A DNA stretch of 64,000 nucleotides, from positions 288,001 to 352,000 of the forward strand of contig CAVYYI010000004.1 of NCBI GenBank assembly GCA_963772725.1, read 5' to 3'. This DNA comes from an uncultured Phycisphaerales bacterium. GTDB lineage: Bacteria; Planctomycetota; Phycisphaerae; Sedimentisphaerales; Anaerobacaceae. A model generated the notes under the pieces. It made no database searches. It saw only the letters and a program-made list of their open reading frames with translations, and was not told where the DNA came from. Position 1 is the first letter of the stretch, and each line of letters begins with the position of its first letter. Shown here piece after piece: positions 51,199 to 61,043 of the stretch. The position numbers and the translations under genes are program-made.

Positions 51199-51743
51199 GC
51201 CGTTATCTCCACCACGACTTTTTTATGTTTCAGGCAATCGAGGAGCTGCGACCTTGCTCTTTGAAGCCGTTTTTTTATGGTTTCAACGGAAGTTTCTGAT
51301 ATCGCGGCAATCTGCGATGCGGGGGTTTGCTTAAAATAGCGAAGATGTATAGCCTGGTGGTAATCCTCAGACAATGTTTCAATACAATGTTTTAGTGCTG
51401 CTATTTTTTCGTCCCAGGTGTCGCCGGGACTTTCGCTGATATGCTGTATCTGCTGACTGAGGTATTCCAGGGTTTCGTCTTCAAACATCATAATATCAGA
51501 TTTTGTTTTACGGAAGTGAGCCATTACAAGTTTAGCGGCAATACCACGCAGCCAGGGGCCAAATGGCCTGTCACGGTCATATTCATCGAGTTTTTGCCAT
51601 GCGATGACCATTGTTTCCTGAAAAAGGTCATCGATAACAGGCTGGTTCCGTACAACTGCCCTGAAGTAGGTCATGAGCATTGCCTGATTTTCTCTGACAA
51701 GAATCTCAAAGACGGCTTTTACTTGTTCTTTTTTATGCAGCAT
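51195..51743 (-). CDS. ECF RNA polymerase sigma factor
   Basis: DDLFQETMVIAW...FGPWLRGIA; region 4 LRYF...IAAISETSVETIKKRLQRARSQLLDC. Confidence 0.9.
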   Translation of the reverse strand: MLHKKEQVKAVFEILVRENQAMLMTYFRAVVRNQPVIDDLFQETMVIAWQKLDEYDRDRPFGPWLRGIAAKLVMAHFRKTKSDIMMFEDETLEYLSQQIQHISESPGDTWDEKIAALKHCIETLSEDYHQAIHLRYFKQTPASQIAAISETSVETIKKRLQRARSQLLDCLKHKKVVVEITA

Positions 51744-51782
51744 AATTGGCTCTTTTTAAAAAGACCACTGTTTCTAATGTAT

Positions 51783-51811
51783 ATTGTTGTTAAATTCTCA
51801 TTTGGGGACAA
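51783..51811 (-). promoter_or_regulatory. Putative ECF-type promoter facing the sigma/anti-sigma operon
   Basis: Minus strand TTGTCCCC (51804-51811), N16, ACAAT (51783-51787). Confidence 0.6.
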
Positions 51812-51835
51812 TAAATAAAATATTTTTCAAAAAAT

Positions 51836-51864
51836 TTGTCCCCGATGCACATTATTTAGACAAT
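51836..51864 (+). promoter_or_regulatory. Putative ECF-type promoter facing the Spy-like/phosphoesterase operon
   Basis: TTGTCCCC (51836-51843), N16, ACAAT (51860-51864); same geometry as the divergent copy. Confidence 0.6.
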
Positions 51865-51967
51865 TATAGATGGAACGAACGAAAATTGCTATGGCTGAAT
51901 TGGCAAAAAGATTGAAAAGAAATAATTTTGAAATATTTAACGTCTATATTTGAGAAGGAGATAGCCC

Positions 51968-53314
51968 ATGAAGACAAATTTAGTAAAAATTATTGTTATC
52001 TGTTTGTTCTGTAATTGCATATTGTCTGTGATTGGCATTGCGGAGGAGCCTCCACGGCGCGGGCCGAGACAAGACCAAAGACAGCGTAATGACAGAAGAG
52101 AAAATAAGCCAAACGAGAAAATGAAACCGCAACAAAACAAATATTCAATTGAGCAGGCTGTCAGCGATAATGCACAACTGCATACCGTCGCATTTAGCGG
52201 GCTGGCATTTTTGACAGGTGATTTCGGAGCGTGCACCTTTATTCCGCCCGGCAAGGTCTGCGATTTCTTTGGATTTCAGTATATGCGTGATATTGATGTC
52301 GCACAAAAAGGACACAATCCGATGTTTCTCAACCGTGTGGCGGGCAATGTGATGCATGTCCTGAATGACAAGCAGAAACAGATATTTCTGGACTTGGCTG
52401 AGCAGCAGGCACCGCAATTGGAAAAACTGGCAAAAATGCGGCTGCCGCTGATAAAGGCTTTTTGCATGCAGCGGGATAATCAAATACCCGCCGGCAGCAA
52501 TGGGCTCAACAAAGAAGCAGTGATAAAATATGTCGGTGATATTTTCGCTTATGATGCGCAGCTGAGTTTGGCGCGCGCGGAGGCCATGGCGAAGGTGGAT
52601 TTATCATTGACGCCTGAACAGAAGGCGTATTTTGCGAAAATGAAATTCGGTGATTTCAGCACTTGGCCCGCCATAGATGAGCGTGATGAGATGAGGAATC
52701 AGGGACGCGGAAAATCGAAGCTGTTCAATGTGGCGTATATGACTTATGCCAGTGAATATTTCAGTTGGACAGCCGGTTCGGTTGAAGCTGATACCTATTT
52801 TTGTCCTGAACGGCATGGAACATATTTCGGCGGGTTCTATATGAAAGATATGCCCGCGATGGGTAAGCGGGACTATGATATAAGCACTTCGTTCACAGGT
52901 GACAGCGGCAAGGCTTTCGTTGATGAAGTATTGACCGAACAGCAGAGAACGGTTATCACTGAAATTCCAGACAAACAGCGAGAATTGTTGAAGGAAACAA
53001 TTACTGTTCGCAAAAGTATTTCGCAGGAATTGCGAAAGCTTTTAGACGGCAAAACGCCGGATAAGGCGAAGATTTTGAGTCTTGGCCGCCGTTATGGCGA
53101 ATTGGATGGCGAAATGTCGTGGTATTATGCAACTGCTTTTGCAAAGGTTAATCAGACTCTCACCAAAGAGCAGCGGGCGGCTTTAATGAAATTGCGTAAT
53201 CTCGACGGCTATAAAAGCGCTCCGTATTACATCTATTCAGGCCCGGCTCAGGAACAGCCGGTTCTGAATAATGTGGAGGCTTTCTTTTTTAGCCCGAAAG
53301 GAACGAAAAAATGA
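51968..53314 (+). CDS. Secreted protein with two internally duplicated Spy/CpxP (LTxxQ)-like modules
   Basis: RBS AAGGAG, signal peptide, motifs LNDKQ/LTPEQ/LTEQQ/LTKEQ; the two halves align by eye. Confidence 0.7.
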   Translation: MKTNLVKIIVICLFCNCILSVIGIAEEPPRRGPRQDQRQRNDRRENKPNEKMKPQQNKYSIEQAVSDNAQLHTVAFSGLAFLTGDFGACTFIPPGKVCDFFGFQYMRDIDVAQKGHNPMFLNRVAGNVMHVLNDKQKQIFLDLAEQQAPQLEKLAKMRLPLIKAFCMQRDNQIPAGSNGLNKEAVIKYVGDIFAYDAQLSLARAEAMAKVDLSLTPEQKAYFAKMKFGDFSTWPAIDERDEMRNQGRGKSKLFNVAYMTYASEYFSWTAGSVEADTYFCPERHGTYFGGFYMKDMPAMGKRDYDISTSFTGDSGKAFVDEVLTEQQRTVITEIPDKQRELLKETITVRKSISQELRKLLDGKTPDKAKILSLGRRYGELDGEMSWYYATAFAKVNQTLTKEQRAALMKLRNLDGYKSAPYYIYSGPAQEQPVLNNVEAFFFSPKGTKK

Positions 53315-54774
53315 GTCGGCATAAATTTTTGGGTAATTTTATCGTCGCAGCAATGATTGCAGTTGTATTATTACCCTGTTCGACTTTTGCCAAAGATAAA
53401 ATATCCCGATATGGATACAGAGATAATAAAAACGCAGAAGTTATCCTGCCGGCTGAGGCGGCAAAAACATCGAGACTGTCGCTTGTGCTGGGTTGCCCGA
53501 CGGATAAATCTGTCGTTGTGAGTATCCTGTCAACCGAAAATATTGACGGATACATTGAATACGGTATTTCTTCGGGAAAATACACAAATAAAACAGATGT
53601 TATCAGTATAACTTCCGGCAAATCAAAAGAGATTATTCTAAATAGTCTGAAGCCTGATATGCAGTATTTTTACAGGCTGAATTGTAAACATGGAGAGACA
53701 CAGCCTGAATACAGCTTTCATACCCAGCGTGCGCCGGACAGTACCTTCACTTTTGCCATACAGGGTGATTCGCATCCGGAACGACCGCAGCAAAATGACC
53801 CGCAATTATATGCCCGTACTCTGCTCGGAATCGCTTCTATCCATCCTGATTTCTATATGACCATCGGTGATGATTTCAGTGTCGATACTCTCGCGACGGT
53901 CAATGCTGAGACTGTTGCTCAACGCTATATCCTTCAGCGTCCCTTCCTGGGCATGGTTGCGTACTCATCGCCGATTTTTCTGGTAAACGGCAACCACGAG
54001 CAGACGGCGGCGTGTAACCTGGACGGTACGCCGAACAATGTCGCGGTCTGGGCGCAGAATGCCCGCAACCTGTATTATCCGCAGCCGGCTGCCGATGGTT
54101 TCTATACGGGCGATACGGAACCGGTGAAATTTATCGGACAGCTTAGAGACTATTATGCATGGACGTGGGGCGATGCGCTGTTTGTAGTAATTGACCCATA
54201 CGGACACAGCACTGCACCGGTTGACAACGTTTTTGGCGGAGGTGAGAAGCGAAAGGATATGTGGGCTGTTACTTTAGGCGATGCTCAATATCAATGGCTC
54301 AAAAAAACTTTAGTGCAGAGCAAAGCGAAATACAAATTTGTTTTTGCTCATCACGTTCTCGGTACGGGCAGGGGCGGTATCGAGAATGCTGGTTTGTATG
54401 AATGGGGAGGCAAAAACAAAAAAGGCCAATTTGAGTTTAATCAGAGACGTCCCAACTGGGAATTGCCTATTCATCAATTGATGGCAAAGAATGGTGTTAC
54501 AATTTTCTTCCAGGGGCACGACCATATTTTTGCCCGGCAGGAACTTGATGGCGTAATTTATCAAACGCTTCCTGAGCCTGCTGACCCGCAGTATATGCTT
54601 TATAATGATGATGCTTACAAATCCGGCGTGAAACTTCCCAACTCTGGATATTTGCGTGTTACGGTATCCCCCAACGATGTAAAAGTGGATTATATTCGTT
54701 CCTATCTGCCTGAAGATGAAAAGGAGCAGCATAAAAATGGTGAAATCGCATACAGCTATACAGTGGAAAAATGA
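53311..54774 (+). CDS. Secreted metallophosphoesterase (FN3-like plus calcineurin-like, purple-acid-phosphatase architecture)
   Basis: GDSH, IGDD, GNHE, AHH, GHDH motifs; signal peptide. Confidence 0.85.
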   Translation: MSRHKFLGNFIVAAMIAVVLLPCSTFAKDKISRYGYRDNKNAEVILPAEAAKTSRLSLVLGCPTDKSVVVSILSTENIDGYIEYGISSGKYTNKTDVISITSGKSKEIILNSLKPDMQYFYRLNCKHGETQPEYSFHTQRAPDSTFTFAIQGDSHPERPQQNDPQLYARTLLGIASIHPDFYMTIGDDFSVDTLATVNAETVAQRYILQRPFLGMVAYSSPIFLVNGNHEQTAACNLDGTPNNVAVWAQNARNLYYPQPAADGFYTGDTEPVKFIGQLRDYYAWTWGDALFVVIDPYGHSTAPVDNVFGGGEKRKDMWAVTLGDAQYQWLKKTLVQSKAKYKFVFAHHVLGTGRGGIENAGLYEWGGKNKKGQFEFNQRRPNWELPIHQLMAKNGVTIFFQGHDHIFARQELDGVIYQTLPEPADPQYMLYNDDAYKSGVKLPNSGYLRVTVSPNDVKVDYIRSYLPEDEKEQHKNGEIAYSYTVEK

Positions 54775-56214
54775 ATATGATGAAACGAAATATAAACATA
54801 CTGATTGCAGCATGCCTGATTTTCTTAATAACAACCGTTGTATTTTCAGGAAAACAAGCCCGCCGATAACTCTGCCAAAAATCTTTTGATGTTAGAGATG
54901 CCGCAGGGGGTGATACTCGGCAGACCCACGAATGAGTCTATAACGATGAACGTCTATGCCCCTAATGATATGGAATTTTATATCGAGTATGGGCTGGACA
55001 AGTCAAGGTACGATAACAAAACGACTGCTTATAAACTTTCGGCTGGTCATGCTGAGAATGTAAAAATCAGCGGCCTTAAACCTGATTCGAGGTATTATTA
55101 TCGAATCCTCAGTAAAGAGGCTAATAAGAAAGATTTTGCCGCAACGACACAATACAGTTTTCATACATGCAGGCCCAAAGGCAGCGATTTTTGTTTTATT
55201 GTGCAGGCTGATTCACATCTTGATGAGCAATCCAGCGTTGCACTTTACAAAAGAACACTATCTAATGAGCTTTCAGGCAATCCAGACTTCATAATCGACC
55301 TTGGCGATACTTTTATGACTGATAAACTCGGCGAGATGAATAATACTGGCATTCAAAACAGATATTTAATGCAGAGAGGTTTTTTCAGTCTTGTTGCTCA
55401 TTCGGTTCCGCTGTATCTTGTTCTGGGTAATCACGATGGCGAAACAGGCTGGAAACTCGACGGCACGGAAAACAATATCACAGTTCGGTCAGCGAAAGTC
55501 AGAAAGACATATTTCCCCAATCCTGAGCCTGATAATTTCTATATAGGCGACAGCACTATTGATAAATTTGTCGGACTTCGCGAAAACTATTACGCCTGGA
55601 CATGGGGCGATGCATTGTTCGTTGTGCTTGACCCATACTGGTACACATTAAAAAAACCCGGCAAAAATGTTGATAACTGGGGCTGGACTCTGGGCGATAA
55701 GCAATATAACTGGTTTAAAAAAACTCTCGAAAAAAGTAACGCGAAATTCAAATTTGTTTTCTGTCATCAATTAATCGGCGGAGGGGATACGGATGGACGC
55801 GGCGGGGCGGAATTTGCCAAATATTATGAAATGGGCGGTTTTAAGACAGATAACAACTGGGGATTTGATATGAAAAGACCGGGTTGGGGAAAACCCATAC
55901 ACCAGTTAATGGCAGACAATAAGGTAAATATTTTTTTTCACGGCCATGACCATTTTTTTGCTAAACAGGAATTTGGTGGAGTCATTTATCAACTTGTCCC
56001 GCAACCCGGGCATCCTAATTTCAAAAAAGCGGGACAGGCCGAAAGCTATGGTTATACCACAGGAAATATTCTGCCCAACTCAGGGTATCTGCGTGTCACT
56101 GTCTCCCAATCCAAAGCGACGGTTGATTATGTTCGTTCATACCTTGAAAAAGACCAAACCGCTCAGCGTAAAAATGGGCAGTCTTATTACAGCTATTCAA
56201 TCCAAAGTAAATGA
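54771..56214 (+). CDS. Second secreted metallophosphoesterase paralog; frameshift near 54848 after the signal peptide
   Basis: Signal peptide MNMMKRNINILIAACLIFLITTVVF from 54771 in another frame; ADSH, LGDT, GNHD, GHDH motifs. Confidence 0.85.
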
Positions 56215-56243
56215 TAAGAAAGAACCAAATTAGTTAAGGTTTG

Positions 56244-57250
56244 TTAATAGCCGTCTTTTTCTTCTTCAACGCTGCCATGAAAGACACGGTACATGTAAAA
56301 GTTGTAAAACAGCATTACTGGTATCAGAATGCCGATGCCGAAAATCATGAATATTAATGTTTCTCGCGAAGATGCGCTTGCTCGATGGTTATTGACGGCG
56401 GGACAATGTATGGATAAATCCCCACACCCAGTGCTGTAAAAGCGGTCGCGAATATAGCCAGGCTCATAATAAACGGGAGGTATTTGTATTTTGTATATAC
56501 GGTGCTTAACATCAACATTATAAAGGCGAACAAAACGCCAATTCCCAGTGCGAACATCACATAGCCAGTAGGGTTTGAGAGCCATTTGTGGGTAAACTGT
56601 TTGTAGGTAAAGCCGGTCAATATCGATATCGCGGTTATCATCACGAACATCAGTATGGAAGAAATTGTCATTCGTACCTGTATGAAACGTTTGATATCGC
56701 CCTGTGTTTTAGCGATGAGATATGATGCGCCAATCATCACGTATCCGAATACAACGGCGATTACTACCAGCACGGATACAATATTAAACCAGTCCCATAT
56801 GCCGCCTTCGAAACCTGTGGGGCCTGTTTTGATTCCGTTCATTAAGCCGCCCAAAGTAAATCCCTGGCCCGCGGCGGCGGCGAGGCTTCCTGCCCCGAAA
56901 AGAAATTCCCATACGCGTTTTTTTCTGCTCTGGCCGCGGAACTCGAAGGAAACCGCTCTGAATATCAGGCCGAAAAGCATTAACATAATAGGAATGTAAA
57001 GAGCGTTAAGCACAACGGAGTACGCGATTGGGAAGGCGCCGAATAATGTTCCTCCGGCAAGTACGAGCCATGTTTCATTGGCGTTCCATACGGCAGTAAT
57101 GCTTTTCATCATAATTCCGCGTTTGTGCGTCCCTGGTGTGAACAGTGATAAAATTCCGATGCCCAGGTCGAAGCCGTCGAGGATAACATATAATGCCAGC
57201 ATCATCGCAACCAGAAACGCCCATAGATTTGCCAAAGAAAAGTATTCCAT
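56244..57250 (-). CDS. cydB: Cytochrome bd oxidase subunit II; frameshift near 56375
   Basis: YVILDGFDLGIG, VWNANETWLVLAGG..FGAFP, FRAVSFEFR; last TM helix ...YMYRVFHG in shifted frame. Confidence 0.93.
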
Positions 57251-58632
57251 TTATTTTACTCCGATTGTTTTACTATGCGGCAGCGCACTATTCATATCAG
57301 GCCCTTTGGATATTATACGCACCGCGAAGACGATATAAAAAACAGAGATAGCAAGATAGACAAAACAATATGCGGATAATGTCGTCAGAGTTGCGGAAGT
57401 GGTAAGATTTGAAACGCCTTGGCTTGTTCGCATAATATTATAAAGTACCCAGGGCTGGCGGCCGACTTCGCGTACAATCCATCCGAGGTCAGAAGCGATA
57501 AATCCCAGCGGAATAGAAAAAACCCACAACGACCAGAACAATCGGCTCCGGTTTAAGTTTTCCGGCTTTAACAGTCCTTTGCGCCATTTCCATAATCCCC
57601 AGAGCAGAAGAATCACAAAAAACAGGCCAATCACCACCATCACGCGAAAGGAATAAAATGTAATCGCTATCGGCGGCTGGTCAGTTTGCAGAAATTCTCT
57701 TAATCCCTCAACCCTGCCTGTTAATGAGTGAGTCGAAAGTATGCTCAATAGATACGGCACTTTAATTTCCCAGGAATTTTGCTGGTTTTGGCGGTCAGGC
57801 CACGCCGCAAGGGCAAAAGGCGCGCCGGTGCCTTGCGCATTTGTCTGCCAGTGCGATTCCATTGCGGCGCGTTTTTGCGGGCTGATATTGCTGGAACCTT
57901 TCGGACGGACAAATCGCCAAGATATATCTGCAGCGGCACAAAAATAACAGCCAGTGCAAGCGACATCTTGAAAGATTTTAGAAAAAACCCCTGAAAGTGA
58001 TTTTTTCGGATTGCCCATGCGCTTATACCCGCCACGAAAAATAAGGTTGTTTCGATGCAGGCTGTCCACATGTGCGTAAACGAATGAACCAGGGCGGGAT
58101 TAAATACGGCGGCGTAATAATCGGTGATAACCGCCTGACCCTGCTCGAATTTGACGCCCGCTGGAACCTGCATCCAGGCATTGGCGGCCATTATCCAGAA
58201 CGCTGAAATCGACGCACCTAACGCTACCATTGATGTCGCGAATATATGTACGCCGCGGGAGACTTTTTCCCAGGCGAACAGCATGATGCCCAGAAAGGCT
58301 GCTTCGAGCATAAACGCCATTGCTGCTTCGAAGCCGAGAATATTTCCGAAATAACCGCCGCTTGCTTGGGAGAACTTTGCCCAGTTAGTGCCGAATTGAA
58401 ACTCAAGCGGCACACCGCTTGCGACACCAACGCCGAATGTCAGCAGATAGATTTTGGCCCAGAATCGAGTGTGGCGGTAGTAAATTTCTTTGCCGGTTTT
58501 CAGCCACAGGGCTTCCATAAGTACCAGCAGCAGTGCCAGGCCTATACTTATTAATGGCCATAACATGTGAAAAAGGGTCGTAACCGCAAATTGCAGCCGC
58601 GACAGCATTAACGGATTTAGAACGCTCTGCAT
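57251..58632 (-). CDS. cydA: Cytochrome bd oxidase subunit I; indels near 57870-57895
   Basis: LSRLQFAVTTLFHMLW, FQFGTNW, ANAWMQVPAG, QPAK.AAMESHW, GWIVREVGRQPW. Confidence 0.93.
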
Positions 58633-58736
58633 TATCCCTCCAAATTTTAAATCTTTACAAAAGAACGTGTGTTTATTTTACGTTTTCAGGCAAAAAAAAC
58701 AATACTGTTTTATAAAAAAAAATCAGCCAGTACCGA

Positions 58737-58778
58737 CATAAGGAAAATGCTAATGTCGATATTGGCTTTTTCCTTATG
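58737..58778 (+). other. Long hairpin in the cydA / EPS-operon divergent region
   Basis: CATAAGGAAAA...TTTTCCTTATG with inner stem GCTAATG/TATTGGC and TCGA loop. Confidence 0.5.
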
Positions 58779-58914
58779 CCAAAATGAATGAAAAGCCTGT
58801 TTACATAAACAGAACTTCCGGATAAACTTTATTACAAACGTGCCTGTTGGCAGGTGTGATTTTAAATGGGGCGGCAATAAAAAACTTAAAACTTAAAGCT
58901 AAAAACTCAAAATT

Positions 58915-59865
58915 ATGGATGTTTCGATAATCATAGTCAGCTGGAATACGCGGGAGCTTCTTGAAAGATGCCTGTATTCAATTTATCGACAATGCAAGAG
59001 GGCGAACTTTGAAATCATTGTGGTGGATAACGCATCGAAAGACGGCTCAGCGGAAATGGTCAGGGATAAATTTAACGAGGTTGTGCTGATTGAAAATGAG
59101 CGCAACCGGGGTTTTGCGGCGGCCAATAATCAGGGAATAGCGAGGGCGAAGGGGCGGTTTGTATTGCTGCTGAATTCAGATACGGTGATCCTTGGTGACG
59201 CGATAAGTAAAGCGGTTGAACTTATGCCCAGTGACGCGGCGGTGCTGGGGGTTCGTGTGCTTAATGCGGATGGGATGCTCCAGCCGACGTGTTTTATGTA
59301 TCCGTCGCTGTCGAATCTGTTTTTGTCGAGTACTTATCTTTATAAAATGTTTCCACGGAGTAAATTTTTCGGCAGGGAGCGGATGAGCTGGTGGGGGCGA
59401 GATGATATGCGGGAGGTTGAGGTTGTTACCGGCTGTTTTATGCTTGTGCGGAGTAAGGCCATTGAGCGGGTAGGGAGGCTGGATGAACGGTTTTTTGTTT
59501 ATGGTGAGGAAACGGACTGGTGCTATCGCTTTGCCATAGCGGGGTGGAAGGTGATGTTTTCGCCTGAGGCGGAGATAATCCATTACGGCGGGGCAAGCAC
59601 GACCCAGGCGGCATCGGCGATGATATTGCAGCTTAGGGGCAGCATACTTTTGTTTATTAAGAAGCATCGGAGTAAATTTGTGTATTGGTGCTGTTGTATT
59701 TTGACGGCGCTGTTTTTTTTGCTGCGGGTTCCTTACTGGCTGGTTTGCTCAGCGGTTTCGTTCAAAAATCGTGCCGAGCTGTTTAAGGTCTTACGAACGT
59801 ATCTGAGCGGGGGAATAAAGTGTTTGCGCGGAGCGGAAAAGCTTTGTGCTGAGGTGAGCTCATAA
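58915..59865 (+). CDS. Glycosyltransferase family 2
   Basis: VSIIIVSWNT, VVDNASKDGS, NRGFAAANN, LLNSD, YGEETDWCYR. Confidence 0.93.
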   Translation: MDVSIIIVSWNTRELLERCLYSIYRQCKRANFEIIVVDNASKDGSAEMVRDKFNEVVLIENERNRGFAAANNQGIARAKGRFVLLLNSDTVILGDAISKAVELMPSDAAVLGVRVLNADGMLQPTCFMYPSLSNLFLSSTYLYKMFPRSKFFGRERMSWWGRDDMREVEVVTGCFMLVRSKAIERVGRLDERFFVYGEETDWCYRFAIAGWKVMFSPEAEIIHYGGASTTQAASAMILQLRGSILLFIKKHRSKFVYWCCCILTALFFLLRVPYWLVCSAVSFKNRAELFKVLRTYLSGGIKCLRGAEKLCAEVSS

Positions 59866-61040
59866 TGGAAGTTAAAAAAATAAATACAATATGCTTTGGG
59901 GGGGAAGACTGGTGGTACCATAACCATGGGCATGTTGATATGCAGTTGATAAGGAGGATGGCGAATCTCGGGCCGACACTGTACATAAATTCGATTGTTA
60001 TGCAAAAGCCGCGAGTGTTTAATGATAAGCGATTTTTTGAAAAGTTGAGCCGTAAATTGCGAAGCATTTTTAACGGTGTAAAAGACTCGGGGGAAAAGTT
60101 CTGGGTTTATAGCCCGTTTTCGCTGCCTTTGCATCATCTGCGGATAGGGAGGTGGCTGAACAGGGCGATTTTAAAAACGCAATTATCGGCGGTTCAGAGG
60201 AAACTTAGATTAAGTGACGCTGTTGTTTGGGTGCATTGTCCGGCGGCATGTGAGGCGGCTTTGGGGATGAAAAAACGCAGATTAGTTTATTTGCGAACGG
60301 ATAGATATGAGGAATTTCCGAATGTTGATTCGGAGGTGATAGGCAGATATGACCGCAGGCTTAAAGCGGATGCGGATTTGACGATTTTTGTTAATCACGG
60401 TTTGTATGATGCTGAGGCTGGGCAGTGTAAGAAGGCGATTTACCTTGACCATGGTGTTGACTATGAAAGTTTTGCGGGGGCAGAGGATAATCCGATGATA
60501 CCGGCGGAGATGAAAGATATAACTCGGCCGATAGCGGGATATTTCGGCGGGATTGACGGGCATACGTTTGATTTGGAATTTATGGAAAAGGTTGTTAATT
60601 TCGCACCGGATATATCGTTTGTGTTTATCGGGAAAACTTCGCAGGATTGCTCGAAGCTGGCGGCGAGGGAAAATGTAAAAATGCTGGGGCAAAAAGCTTA
60701 TGAGATGATACCTCAATATGGCAAATGTTTTGATGTCGCGATAATGCCTTGGAAGCAGAATCGATGGATAGAGGCATGCAACCCGATAAAGCTCAAAGAA
60801 TATCTCGCGCTGGGTAAGCCGGTAATTAGTACGCCTTTTCCGGAGTTGTCGCAATATCGTGACGTAGTTTATGAGGCGGGAAATCCGCAGGAATTTGTAT
60901 GGCGTATATTCCAGGCTCTTAAGGAAAACAATGCGGGGCAAATAGCGGCGCGTAGGGCGAAGGTTTGCGGGGCATCGTGGGACAGTAAGGCTGAGAAAGT
61001 GCTTGAGGAGCTTTTTAATGGCTCTTTGAAACAGGAATAA
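59865..61040 (+). CDS. GT-B glycosyltransferase (GT4/TuaH-like)
   Basis: HGVDYESF, IAGYFGGI, FDVAIMPW, NPIKLKEYLALGKPVIST. Confidence 0.88.
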   Translation: MEVKKINTICFGGEDWWYHNHGHVDMQLIRRMANLGPTLYINSIVMQKPRVFNDKRFFEKLSRKLRSIFNGVKDSGEKFWVYSPFSLPLHHLRIGRWLNRAILKTQLSAVQRKLRLSDAVVWVHCPAACEAALGMKKRRLVYLRTDRYEEFPNVDSEVIGRYDRRLKADADLTIFVNHGLYDAEAGQCKKAIYLDHGVDYESFAGAEDNPMIPAEMKDITRPIAGYFGGIDGHTFDLEFMEKVVNFAPDISFVFIGKTSQDCSKLAARENVKMLGQKAYEMIPQYGKCFDVAIMPWKQNRWIEACNPIKLKEYLALGKPVISTPFPELSQYRDVVYEAGNPQEFVWRIFQALKENNAGQIAARRAKVCGASWDSKAEKVLEELFNGSLKQE

Positions 61041-61043
61041 AAT

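Noticed and set aside
58868..58877. ops/JUMPstart-like GGGGCGGCAA before the EPS operon
   Set aside because: Mismatches the GGCGGTAG core, and no NusG paralog gene is present in the window
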